DNA from: Octopus vulgaris
Taxonomy: Eukaryota
DNA length: 64,000 bases
Assembly (NCBI GenBank): GCA_951406725.2
Contig: OX597820.1
Coordinates: 107,632,001-107,696,000, forward strand
Direction of reading: 5' to 3'
Part shown: one piece after another, positions 25,425 through 38,257 of the stretch
Layout of the letters: the number at the start of each line of letters is the position of its first letter
How positions within the stretch are numbered: the stretch's first letter is position 1
Program-made: the position numbers and the translations under genes
The notes under the pieces: model-generated
Databases searched by the model: none
What the model saw: only the letters and a program-made list of their open reading frames with translations
Told to the model about the DNA's origin: nothing

Positions 25425-27045
25425 GCAGTCTTTGGTATATTGTCTGGATTTAAAGGAATCTGGTGATACACCTGGATGAAATCAACTTTAGAAAAAACAG
25501 TACTACCATGCAAGGTAGAAGAAAAGTCCTGCAGGTGTCAAATTAGGTATCTGTCCGGTGTCGTAATAGCATTTAATCTTCAATAATCACCAACTGGGTG
25601 GATGTCAGTCTTTCCTTTGGGGACTAAATGGAGAGGGGAAAACCAGGGGCTAGTAGAAGGATGAATAAGTTGCAGCTGGAGCATGTAATCGAATTCTGCT
25701 TTTATAGCCTTGAGTTTATCAGGAGAAAGACAGTGAGGACAAGTAAACACTGGTGGACCATTGGTGTCGATAAAATGTCCCATTGAATGTACAGGATCAA
25801 CGACGTTGAAGGTTAAATCAGTAAAATCTGGGAATGAGTTGAGAAGAGAATGGTATGTATCATCGGATACAGCACTAAAAGATACCGGGCTTACAACAGG
25901 AGTGAATGCTGGACAACCAGGAACCGATAACTGCATTGAGCTATCCAACAAATGCTGTTGGCAAACGTCCACCAACAGTGAGAAGCAGTGGAGGAAATCT
26001 GCCCCAAGAATAGGATAGGGTAGGTCCGCAATTACAAAAATCCATTTAAAGTCCCTCCATAGAGCAAAATCCAAGGAGAGAGATAACTGCTCGAACATGT
26101 CGATAAGAGAATGGTTGACAGCTTGCAGAGAAATTCAAGAGAGAATAGGCTTACCCATCAAGAACTTTACCAGCCAGATGCTACATGAAGTGCCAGTGTT
26201 GACCATAAAATTCTTGTGCGGGTTGCAGTGTAGTACAAAAAAATGCATGATTAGGGGTAGTGGGAGCTCCTGACATGCTCAGGGTCTCCTTGGTTAGTTT
26301 TCCTGGTGCACATAAGAACATGGTGGAAGGCATTTCCATGCCTTTACGCCAAAATGGTCATGGTATCAACAAAAACTATGTGGTGAGGAATGCCAGCCAC
26401 GACTGGTTGAACGACCATGATGCTGAAAGTTTTGATACAAACATAACTCTGCACCAGCAGGTTTAAAATGGCTTCTAAAGTTGCTGACTGGGTAGAGCTG
26501 CAGTTGGTGGTTGCCATAGCCGTTAATGAAAAAGTTACAACAACAACTGTCTGCTGTGGGCAGATTTCTGGAAAATTCCATGATTTTATCGGCCAAATTT
26601 GCGATTTGTTCTACTGAACTTCCTTTGGTCATGGGCACCAAAATTGCCTGAACATGTGAGAGTAGGCACGAGAAGAACAGTTATTTTAGAAGAGAGCCGT
26701 CTTTAGGGGACTTGTCTGTGAGACTGCGAATGCGATGAAGAATGTTACTGAAATGTTCATCATGTACCAGGGTCTGGAAATGACACTCAGCCAATAGAGA
26801 TGTCCTGCTAAGAACTTTGCACTTTATGGATGTATAAGTTGCGTTGTGTAGCATGTCAGTTATTAGATCCTTGAATTGAGTGGCTAAGGCAACAGGAATG
26901 GTGCTAAGTAGAATGCTTAGTTGCTGCTGGCTTGACTGAATATTGCTTGCTGTGAAGTTAGCTCCCACTTGAGCAAACCAGAGACGCTAAAGACGAGGAA
27001 AGAAGAATGCTGCATGTTGCTCCTGGGTACAGAAAACGTTGGGTG
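25425..27045 (-). mobile_element. Gypsy (CsRN1/Kabuki-like) gag-PR-RT fragment
   Basis: WFAQV, LADKIMEF, C-YH..FG.KA.KC.PPC knuckle, PILGADFL, SPWFSPLHLVPK, GDY.RLN. Confidence 0.88.
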
Positions 27046-27049
27046 ATGA

Positions 27050-27295
27050 CCTGCTACTCTTATGGAGGACTTTTGTACTCACCTGCTTGGACTACTGCTC
27101 CCAACTATGGTTCCAGAGAGTGTGAAACAAACTGTGGAACTCAAAGCAATCCAGAGTCAATACACAAAGAAGATTGACTCAATACAAAAGATGGGCTACT
27201 GGGTGAGGATAAAGGAGCTGAGTCTCTATTCTCTGGAGAGAAAACAAGAGAGATATGCAGTGAAGTATATTTAGAAGGTCTTGGAGGGTTTAGCT
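27050..27295 (+). mobile_element. CR1 RT C-terminal piece, inverted relative to 27830-29275
   Basis: LLLWRTFVL..LDYCSQLW..LSLYSLERKQERY..KVLEGL. Confidence 0.8.
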
Positions 27296-27829
27296 TGTAG
27301 CAGGGCCATAAGAGCTAAAAGGAACAGGGCAGAGTTGTGCTCCCTCATTCTGTTGTTGGTAGGTGGCACTGCGATGGCACTTTTGCTAGGGAGGCATAAA
27401 AACCCTAGAGAAACAACAATCTTTCTTTTTTTCCACCAATCTCACTCGTAAACACTTTGACTTGTCAACTGTCACAACCACCAAGGACTGCTAGCTTGCT
27501 TCGCCTTTAGCCATTACTGCTACCACATTATGTAGCAGGTGCATTTCTTACTCTCTTCTGTTTCAGCGTCAATCACGTAAGATGTAATCATGTTTGTAAG
27601 AAACTTGTCGTTGAACTTTGACTCGATGTTGTTTGCCATACCAGAACATGTACCTTAACACAAACAAGAACACAGCATTCTTCACCAAAATGATGACCCT
27701 GACGTAAGAATATTCATGTGGAATATTCTCTCAACTAAAACAATTGTGTAGAGTCGACGTGATTCTTCTTCCTCACTGGTTCTAAGCCGGCCTATGAGAA
27801 ACAGTATCTTTTGCTTCTTTGTGCTGATC
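27296..27829 (+). mobile_element. Gypsy LTR/leader with tRNA-Trp PBS-like motif
   Basis: Starts TGTAGC; TGATGACCCTGACGT at 27691-27705 matches the Trp PBS TGGTGACCCCGACGT at 13/15. Confidence 0.6.
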
Positions 27830-29275
27830 TTCCCTTTTCCTGGTTCTGAATGTCCTCAGAATCCTCCCAGCCACTCGCCGGCACAGTGTTGCTATCTTGT
27901 TAATATGCACATGGAATGTTACCCCACTGCTCATGTGAACCCCCAGGTCATGCACTGACTCTGACTTTGGGATCGTATTACCTTCTGGTCCTGTGTATTC
28001 TGATTTTAGCCCGGTGTTGGGCTGATAGTGGAGTGCCTGAAATTTCATAGCATTGAACTGCATGTTATTTATGTTAACCCATTTGTATATGTCATTCAGG
28101 TCTTTCTGTAGTTTTATGATGTCCTCTGGGTTCCTAACTGCCTGTGATAATTTTGTGTTGTCAGCATAACTGGTCAGATTGGCTGACTGTACTGTGGAGG
28201 GCATGTCTGAGAGGGCCATCACAAATAGTAGTGGCCCTAGTACAGTTCTCTGTGGGACTCCACTAAGAATTGGTGTCTCTTCAGAGTGAGCACTACTGGC
28301 TACAACAGAAAGTCATGCAGCCACTCTCCCAGTTTCCCAGTAATACCAAGGTTTCACAGCTTGTGACATATCATGCGATGATCAACCTTGTTGAAGGTCT
28401 TGGCAAAGTCGAAGTATATCACGACTACAGCAGACTGGTTTATCTGTTGTTTCAGTACCCAGTCAAAGTGCTACAGTAGCTGTGTGAGGCAGCTTCTCCC
28501 TGGACAGAAGCCATACTGCATGTCTGTGAGAAGGTTGTTTTCTTCTAGGAATGTGATCAGCCTTTTTCTGACAATGTGCTCCATTGTCTTGCTAACATGT
28601 GAGGTCAGAGAGATGGACCGGTAGTTTTTAGCATCTGCTCTGCTCCCTCCTTTATGGACAAGACATATTATACCTTCTTTTAGCATGTTGGGAAGATTAC
28701 CACATGCAAGGAAACTCTGAAAGAGTATCTGCAGTGGCTTTGCAAGAGCCTTTTTACATGTCTTTAAGAGAACAGCCAGGAGTCCATCTGGGCCTGTTGC
28801 TTAGTTTGATCTCATCTCATCAATGGCCAATATTACAGCCTCTTCTGTTATGCTGATATAATCGATGGTTGCCTCTTTTCCAAATAGATTCGTTACATTG
28901 AAAAACTCAGGCTTGTTTATTTGCATATTTTCCAGTGGAAAAAGTGAAAACACTTCGGAGTTGCTTATTTAGTGTTTCACTTATCTTCCCTGGGTCTGCA
29001 CTTAGCTGTTTTTACCAAATAGTGGCCCTATCTTATAGCGTACTGAGGCAGACTCCTTTGCTGTGTTGAAGGCTTTAGGATTTCTTTTTATATTTTCAAA
29101 AGTCCAGGTTTTTGTTTCTTTTTCATGGGTGATTTTGAGTTTATTTTCTATCTCGAAGAGTTCCTCTGTCAGGTGGGATTTCATACTGTCATTAAGGAAT
29201 TGTTTAAATGATTCAAGATCTTTATTCTCCGCTGCATGAGTATTCTCCTGGCTCGGGGAATGATGTATTTGTGTG
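27830..29275 (-). mobile_element. CR1-clade LINE fragment (same family as 53592-56710)
   Basis: HKGGSRADAKNYRSISLTSH, GRSCLTQLL, SYADNTK, RTFRTR. Confidence 0.88.
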
Positions 29276-29326
29276 TATTGGCTCTCTTCCTAGAGAAGAG
29301 AGCCAACATACATGTATGTACGTATA

Positions 29327-30112
29327 TGTAAGGATCTAGCTTGACCCTACCTGAGATTTGAAACCGAATCCACCTGCTTGCTGCTTATCAAAACTAGCGG
29401 GAAATCCTTTCCACACCAGATGATTGATGAGGAAATACTCGATCCCCTAGGATCTGTGCTGGTCAAGGAAAGGTCAGACCTTTGTTTAAGGTTTGACCTA
29501 CATTACTGACCATAGTCTATATAACAGAGAGAACTTCCTATCTCTTTCTCTTATGTGTTAGCTATGACCAAGGAACAACACCCTCTCTTTTGTGTGAGCC
29601 AGACCAACGAGCTACATGCTCTTTTGTGTCAGCCATGACCAAGAGCAGCACTTACCTTTCGGCCACAAGAAAGACACTGCCACCTTTATCTTTTCAAGTC
29701 AGCACCGTGCATTCCTTACTCTTTCACTCTCTATTGACAGACAACCTTTTCCCACACTATCAACTACTAATCAGCGAGCCAACCGTGTCACTATCACTAG
29801 GATTGCTATTGTCTCTTTATGTTGGGCAAACGAATAAATATATGTAAATAATATTTCTTCTTTCTTGGTGTTGATCCTTCGATGATTACTGGTACTCCGA
29901 TGTGAGAACCTTGAAGCGTTACATCTAAATGCTACATTCAGTAGTGGGCTACATCATATCGAGCTGATATGGCACATCACATTTAGACGGCTGCAATTGG
30001 TGACCTCCGAGCAAAAGAATTGTAGCTTTCGCTTGAACCATCTTCACGTCTATCGATTACAATTGGTAATCCGCGACTTCAACTGAAAACATTACCACCA
30101 CAATTGGTGACT
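29327..30112 (+). mobile_element. LTR with triplicated tRNA-Trp PBS
   Basis: TGTAAGG start, TATATAA ~29518, AATAAA ~29833, TGGTGACC at 29998 with echoes at ~30064 and ~30105; start repeated at 32552. Confidence 0.65.
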
Positions 30113-32551
30113 CAAGCTAAAAGATCTACAACCTTCATCTAACAGCTGTTGCCCCGTATCCTTCCCGACGTTCTAATACATGATTGCCTCTGCTTCACCA
30201 ACTTAATTGCATTTGGAAAACGAAGACAATCTTTTGTTCTGCAGTTTAATTTTCCATTTCCTCACTACATTCCGGTGATCCGAACTCAAGAATTACAGCT
30301 TTCACATCATGCTCGTCACTTCGAAGACAAGAATAACAACTTTCACTACACACAGTTTTCGTTTTGACTGTCACACAACACGAAGGAAAAGAACTCGTCG
30401 ACACAATGGACAACCACAATTCACTTTCGACCTGCCAGAGAATGCACTGCAACCCGATGCACAGATCCACCAGAGAAACCGCTGATATAAGTAAATACAG
30501 CATTTCGAACAGCTATCTGACCAAAAACTAACCGGATAACTCTATATGGAAGCCCACACACGCAACGTTTTCGACAGCCATAGGTTTGAACTTTCTTTTC
30601 ATGCACTTATTTTTGTATTTCAAATGCTAGTTTTTAGCTTTACAGGACCAGGACACTTTCTAGTCAAGTTTGTCATTTTTGCTTATTTCATTCTGTTTTG
30701 TTTGCACTGCACACCTTCATTTGTTTGCATGTACCACTCGCGACGACTCGTTTCATTAAAACAATTGAATTCATATGCTTATGTTTTTGAGTGTTCTCTA
30801 TTTTTATAATATTTTTCTCATTGGCCATTGGCATTGCAAATTTCAGGCACACGCATTGTTCACCTGTTTTTATTGCATGGCTTCTGCTACAGGTTCTCCT
30901 TTTGAATGTCTGCAATTTCTTTCTTCGCACGCACCCAGTTCTACACATGCACCATAATATTATGCCTTTAGAGTTGTTCTCATCATGTCTGTGCCCGCTC
31001 AGCTCTTTCCCCCTACTCTGTGTACGCCGGATGTCAACTCATGCTCTCTGCGCTCTTGTCAGACACAACTTGTCTCTGTTCGACCCCAGAGAAAATTGTC
31101 TGCACGACGCAACGCGCTAGCTTGCCACAATTTCGTTGTTCTGGCTAATCTTAACTAATACCCACGACAACAACGCCAGACACAATTCACTTCTGCACCC
31201 CTTCAAGGCATTTTCAAACAATATGCAATCCTGCAAGAAAACTTTTGCTGATATCATGGATAGAGAGTGCACGTACTCACTCACCCCAGCTTACTCCACA
31301 GCTGCAGGACTTTCTCTCGCACTCATGTATTACGCCCTTGCACACTCACTCACTGCCTCAATCACGCAACACCTGGCATATTCTGCACTCATGCGCACAC
31401 TCGTTCACTCTGCCTCAGTCACGCACCAACTGGCATATTGTGCATTCTGCGCATGCAAAGTGACACCGCTATTCAGACTCAAACGAGTAGATACCTGTCC
31501 TGTAAACTGTTATGGGGGTCAATTCAGGGACAGTGCTTGCGACCGACTTTTGTGAATAAATCCTTTGTCCTGTCAGATTCAGGTGGATTGATGAGTTCTG
31601 GGGAGACCTTCGACCCTTTTTCAGGCGAAAGAAAGTTCGAGGAAACACCCCTTAAAAAGCAGGTTAGTAACAGGTTGTTTCTGCTGTGACAGTGACGTGA
31701 AAGAGGAAGACAGGCAGAGAAGATTAAGGAACTGAGAGAGATTGCGGCGAGAGGGCATGGCGATTACGGTAGTAGTTTTCTGAAATTGTTGCAGACGGGA
31801 AAGAACGTCCGGTAAAGTTTTGTTTGTGTCTTTTGGTTGTTGTATTTTGATGTGTTGAACTAAAAAGAGAATTGATGTGAAAAAAAGAAGGAAAGAGGAA
31901 AAAAGAAAGAACAGTACTAAAGAGAAAAAGAAATGAGATTATAAAGAACATTGTGAATTGTGTTACAGAGTTGTTGATACGTGTTGAAAAAGAAAGAGAA
32001 ATACTTTAATGTGATTTGAACATTGAAGTGTATCGTTGTTTTGATTTGATCTGAACTTATTTGTCTCTGAACTGTATATTGTATCTGCATGCTTTAATTT
32101 GATTTGTTGTATACCTGTTGTATCTTTGATTTATTTGATGTTGTAATAATTGTATAAACTGTTGTTAAATGTAGCCAATTGCCTTCCGCCGTCTCTCTCT
32201 GTATCTCTTCCTATTTGTTGTTGTTGTTATCTCCGGTCGCCGGTCCTGCCGGGTTCGCTGCCGCCTTTTCCCTCCCCCGCCGAATTCTCTCTCTCCCTGA
32301 GTCCGTGGCGAGTTCACCGATCGATCACCGTGAATCGTCGTCGCTCGACTTGATAGGGTCCCGGGTTTCCCGAAGAGTTTGAGCGACGGCAGGTGGTCCG
32401 TAACAATACCTTCTCAAGATTCTCTCTCTTGATATGCACAATTTTTCTCAGTCTTGCATCACATTCACCAACAGTAAAATGCTTTTCACAATTGAACGTT
32501 ATTTTCACCTTGTCCTAAAATGCATTTTGTATGGATGCATTTTTCCCTAGG

Positions 32552-32822
32552 TGTAGGCATCTGGCTTGACTGCCTGAGATTTGAAACCGAATCCACCCGC
32601 TTGTTGCTTGTCAAAACGAGCGAGAAATCCTCTCCACACCAAATGATTGATGAGGAAACACTCGACCCCCTAGGACCTGTACTGGTCAAGGAAAGGTCCT
32701 AGGGGGTCGAGTGTTTCTTCGTCAGTCATCTGGTGTGGAGAGGATTTCTCGCTCGTTTTGACAAGCATCAAGCGTGTGGATTTGGTTTCAAATATCAGGC
32801 AGGATCAAGCTAGATCCCTACA
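32552..32822. repeat. Fold-back palindrome of the LTR 5' end
   Basis: Arms 32552-32678 / 32694-32822, both homologous to 29327-~29458. Confidence 0.9.
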
Positions 32823-32849
32823 TATAAAATCAGAAAATGATTTACAGAT

Positions 32850-33250
32850 TATTTACATTCGACGGATATTTGTCCTCATCTTGTTTGTTGTTAACACAAC
32901 GTTTCAGCTGATATACCCTCCAGCCTTCATCAGGTGTCTTGGGGAAATTTCGAACTTGGGTTCTCATTCCTAAGCCCTAAAATTCACTCCATTATTGCCT
33001 ACGGGCATATGGCGTAGTGTTTAAGAGCGCGGGCTACTAACCCCAAGATTCCGAGTTCGATTCCAAGCAGTGATCTGAACAATAATAATAACATCGAAAA
33101 ATACCTTAGAAATGAGAACCCAGGTTCGAAATTTCCTCAAGACACCTGAAGAAGGGTATATCAGCCGAATGTGTAAAACAAACAAGATGAGGACAAATAT
33201 CTGTCGAATGTAAATAATGTACATAATTTCTCATCTCTTAAATATAGAAC
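32850..33250 (+). mobile_element. TSD-flanked non-autonomous element: inverted tail copy + tRNA-like head + HHR-bearing tail
   Basis: 12-bp TSD TGATTTACAGAT (32838-32849, 33251-33262); A box TGGCGTAGTG and B box GTTCGATTCC in 33003-33067; 32850-32973 is the reverse complement of ~33105-33218. Confidence 0.85.
32893..32938 (-). ncRNA. Minimal hammerhead ribozyme motif
   Basis: Minus strand: GACAC-CTGATGA-A-GGCTG(loop)CAGCT-GAAAC-GTT-GTGTT; palindromic AACGTT stem III. Confidence 0.8.
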
Positions 33251-33844
33251 TGATTTACAGATGTTAGAAAATAATAATTTAAAAATAAATTTAATACTTT
33301 TTGATCTTCGAATCTTTTTTCTTTCAGTTTTTAGAGGCATAAAAAAAAAAAGCTAGATGTACTTTACAAAAAGAATCCATAATGAGATTAATGGTTGATT
33401 GACCTAGGGCTAAATATCATCAGCAGGTAAGTTGGTGACGTTAGTTGCCTCCCTTGCTTGTCTCATGACTACCGCGGAGCTCAGACACACAACAACCCGG
33501 AGTAAACATGTCTAAATTTTTACAGAGGATTCTTTTGTTATGGACATTCACCATCATCAATATTTGCCGTGGTCAAGGTATAACAAATCTTGTTTTTTTT
33601 TTCTTGGGTTCTGCAGTTAGTGAGGGTTATTATCTGAGGCGTAGTTGTTGCTAGTTAGAAACTATTGTTTTTATTAACCCTTAAGTCCTTCTTATCTGGA
33701 CTACACACGTATATACACACACACACAACGCTGGTCATGCACTTTTTAAACGTAAACAATATCCAAGTTTACTGTTTTTCCATCTCACAGCCCGAACAAA
33801 GCAAACAAACCACACAAACATTTATGCACTTAAAGAGGCAAATA

Positions 33845-34190
33845 AATACAAGATGTAGCTGTGTTGTAAAGAAATTTGCCTCTCAACCACCTGGTTCCAG
33901 ATTCAGCCCCACTGCGTGGTACCTTAGGCGTTTCCTACTATTTATTACTTTGTGTGTATGTGTATTTATGTGTTTGGATTTACACACACATGCGCGCGCG
34001 CGCACACACACACACCGCTAAACAACCTGTGTTGATTTGTTTACATCCCCGGCAAAAAGATCGATAGAATAAGTATGAGGCTCAAAAATAAGTATATAGG
34101 TTGATTTGTTCGATTAAATTCCTTGAAGACGATTCCCCAGCATGGCTTCAGTTCAATGACTGAAACATGTAAATGATAAAAGATAAGAAC
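33845..34190 (+). mobile_element. tRNA-SINE pieces ending in the CCAGCATGGC..ACTGAAAC tail
   Basis: Head homologous to the 4617-4763 SINE; tail shared with the CR1 3' end. Confidence 0.65.
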
Positions 34191-34856
34191 GCACGCACGC
34201 ACCTGTTTAGTGTCGACTGTTGTAAGAAAAAGTCTTTTGCCACTCTGAGTTCACCTGTGGATACTCAAGTTCTTCATTACTGGCCGAATAGTTTAGAAGT
34301 TTACTTTTCAAGGTCCCAAATTCAATCTCACTTAGTAACATCTTTAGTTATGGTCACTTTCTTCAGCTTCGTTTGACCCATGTGAGTGGAATTGAGTAAA
34401 CAGGAACTGTAGAGAACCTTATCGGGTGCTCGTAATTCACACACTCGACTGATTTCTCTCTGAGGATTACATTTAGGGTACATGGATCTGTAGAATACTC
34501 AACCATTTTTACAATTTAATTCAGAAATAGAAAATCCTCATCGTCTACGCAACCATCACATGTAGTTGTTATTATATGTTTGTGTGCGTGTGTGAATCTT
34601 TAAATATAAATACAAAAGGATGAGGTGGGGCATAAATATTCTGATGTGCATTTAGGTACGAAAGATAAAAGACACACACACACATGAGTAGCTGTAGAAA
34701 CCATACCAAAGTAGACATTAGTCTTTGGTGTAGCCCTCTGGCTTGTCTCTTCATGTCGAACCTTCCAAACCATAACAGCATAGGAATCTGATGATAATGA
34801 TGAAATGCTTATGTGTGTGTGTCGCATGGAAACCTGATTTTAATCGATGATGAAGA

Positions 34857-34895
<39 letters not shown>

Positions 34896-35222
34896 TCCAT
34901 GCATAAAGATATAAATATATATACATATATCACCGTGACCGACCAGGCTATCAGATGTTGCTACATATTGCTGGTCACAATGCGCTTCGCATTGTTTTAG
35001 CCTTCAAATGACGCCACTCCACTGGCTAAGCGAGCGGGCCAACAGAAGAAACAGTGAGAGAAAGTTGTGGCGAAAGAGTACAGATCGCCCCCTCCCACCC
35101 TGCCGGAGGCTCGTTGAGCTTTTAGGCGTTTGGCCGCAGTCAAATGACTGAAACAAGTAAAAGAGTAAATACATATATATGTATATATATACATATTTAT
35201 ATTCATATATATATATTACATA

Positions 35223-35274
<52 letters not shown>

Positions 35275-35308
35275 AAAGTTGAGTTGTGGGGTATCGCACG
35301 AGTGGAAT

Positions 35309-36078
35309 TATATATGAAAGAAGGTTTGAAAATGCAATTTAAAAGATGTTTATTTACTTAACCGGTTTCACTCTTTGGTAAAAGATTGTCAGAAGTAACA
35401 TTGAATATTATGGGTTCAAAAAAGTTTTTTACATAATTGTCACATTGAATATTATGAATTCAAAAATGTTTTTTTTATACATAATTGTCACATTACATGT
35501 ATAAATATAGTGTTTGGTAACAGAGATATGTTAAGGGCATAAAAAAGTTCAATAGTGTGATGAGAATATTTGGAAAAATTGGCAGAAAAGAATAAAACAA
35601 ATATATTATTGGAAATTTGGTTCCGTTAATTATTGGTTGTCGCAAATTGTCACATTACATGTATATATATACATGGTAGAAAGGACATGTTAAAGACATA
35701 AGGAAGTGTAATAGTTTGGTGAGAAAGTTTGTAATATTGACAGAGAAAATTAAAATGGATATTTTATACATCTCAGAATATTTTGAATTGAAGGCGAGAA
35801 TTTGTTTTTACTGACCTGTTTGTTTTAGCAGAAAAGTTGAATTGAGAGAAAAAGATGTGTACCCAGTTTTGTGTATGGTTCCCCTTCAAGCATCAAGTGA
35901 CAATTATGTATAAAAAAACATTTTTGAATTCATAATATTCAATGTGACAATTATGTAAAAAACTTTTTTGAACCCATAATATTCAATGTTACTTCTGACA
36001 ATCTTTTACCAAAGAGTGAAACCGGTTAAGTAAATAAACATCTTTTAAATTGCATTTTCAAACCTTCTTTCATATATA
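35309..36078. mobile_element. PLE-type fold-back insertion with ~180-bp inverted arms, each with an HHR-like motif
   Basis: Arms 35309-35491 / 35897-36078; TTACTT-CTGACAA-TCTTT..AAAGA-GT-GAAAC-CG-GTT-AAGTAA at 35989-36033 (+) and 35354-35398 (-); flanked by (TA)n. Confidence 0.8.
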
Positions 36079-36347
36079 TATATATATATATACATTTATA
36101 TATATACATTTATATATAAATACATATACATCTATATACATACATATATATGCACACACATATATATATGCATGCATCCACATATATATATATATACACA
36201 TAAATGTATATATATATATATATATATACATCTATATATACATATAGATCTCTATATATACATATATGTATACATATAAATCTATTCGTTATAAATCTAT
36301 AAATCGTTTCGAAGGATAAAAGCGAGACGTATCTTCGACAAGAAACT

Positions 36348-36389
<42 letters not shown>

Positions 36390-37237
36390 TACATACATAT
36401 ATATTTACTTTCCTCTTTTCACTTCATTGTGTCCCTGTTATTTTTTCTCGCCCCTCCTTATTTCTTCTGTCCTTCTGCCTCTACCGCTCTCTCTTCTCTC
36501 CCTACATGACCTGTGTTTCTTGGTATGGCTGCTGTCCATGCAACATCTATATTCTTCCCTGTGCCTGTGAAAACTAGTATCCCTGCCGTAAGGCATTACT
36601 TCCACACACGCCAGCTTTATTTAATTTGTCTCTAATCGAAAGACACCTGTTGTTATTTCCTGTTATTTGTATTTGTGTAACCATCTCCATGTTTTTCCGT
36701 CCTTGTTTTCCTATACATTCGCTACTTTCTTCCAAGGAATCTAATGCTCTTAGCTTAGTTTTTCCTTGGGGCTGGCTAGATTGGAGCAATTTCATGTATA
36801 ACCGGCCGAAATTGCAAAGATAATCTGGAACTTGACTGAGGATAGAAAACTCCGAATGACCCATCCTTGTTTTCTTTATATTGTCTATCTGGATGTTTTG
36901 TTCTCCCTTTCTTGTATCACCTAACTGTCTCGATATTTTGCGTTTTTGTCCTATTTTGTGTTTTTATATATACATACTTATAAATCTATGTATATACATC
37001 TATACATATACATTTATACATATACATGTCTATATATCCATCTATATATACATATATATATATACACATATAGATACACACATATATATACATACATATA
37101 TACATATAAATCTGTAAATATATATACATATATATATCTATACATATACATTTATACATATACATGTACATATATGCATTTATATATATATATATATATA
37201 TATGCAGATGTATATACACATATATATATTTGCATAC

Positions 37238-37280
<43 letters not shown>

Positions 37281-37516
37281 GTAATAATAATAATAATAAT
37301 AGTAGTAATAGTAATAATAATGATAATAATAAAAAGTGACAATCAAAGAATGTGCATGTGTATATATGTGTATGTATACATGTATGTATATGAGTTTGAG
37401 ATTATGTCCGGTGTGTAAGTGCAATGCAGCCTTCATTTATACGGATATTTATATGTGCGCGTGTAGGTGTGTGAAAGGAGGATGTATATGTATTTATATA
37501 TATATATAAATATATT

Positions 37517-37568
<52 letters not shown>

Positions 37569-37640
37569 TATTTATACACACATATACATATATCTATATA
37601 TGTGTATGTGGGAGTGAATGTATGCCTGTATTTATACATA
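36070..37640. repeat. TA/CA/TAA microsatellite mosaic with an unclassified repeat at ~36400-36960
   Basis: Visible simple repeats. Confidence 0.85.
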
Positions 37641-38188
37641 TAGATTTGACATGGGCCATTCTTCCTTGTCTTGGCTGCGTGGAATTGTGCAAAAAATTAG
37701 ACAGATGTGTACAACGATCCATTGGTGATGCTGGGCTTTGTATTGTTTCACAGCTCCCATAGTTATGAAGATAGTCTACTATAATAATACTCTTGTATTT
37801 ATGAATGAGAAAGGGAGGGGTGATAGATGAATAAGAAAGGAAGGAGTGATGTCATACTTGGTGGTGGGATGATGAAAATTGTATGCTGAAAAAATAAATC
37901 AAACAGCATTTCAACTCTGTGTGTCTATATGTGTGTAAAAGCGGGGGGTATGTGAATGTGTGTGTGCATGTGTGCGCGCAATGGAAGTGGGATGGTTCAT
38001 CTTTGTTCACTTAGTTTTTGATTTGGTTGAATCTTTATTGGTCAGATATTTTTAGCTTTTTGACAGAAAACTATCAAAAATATTGTTTTTTAATGTAAGC
38101 GTGCCCAAACAAGTTGAATGCTTACACACAGCAGGTTTTACAGCCACATCATCCAAACTGACTGGGTGAAACTGGGCTTAGCTGCTAG
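37640..38188 (+). mobile_element. Possible non-autonomous Helitron 3' part
   Basis: Ends with a degenerate hairpin and CTGCTAG|T, like 20010 and 59137. Confidence 0.45.
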
Positions 38189-38225
<37 letters not shown>

Positions 38226-38257
38226 ATATATGTATATTTATATGTATAAATGTCTGC

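Noticed and set aside
32354-32378. tRNA-Phe PBS on the minus strand (GAAACCCGGGA)
   Set aside because: Only a partial match without the TGG start or an adjacent definable LTR.
33003-33075. Functional tRNA gene
   Set aside because: Acceptor stem does not pair and it lies inside a TSD-flanked repeat; treated as a SINE-type head. The same applies to 49978-50050.
36830-36870. CTGAGGA..CGAA HHR-like motif
   Set aside because: Lacks GAAA and a pairing stem I/III.
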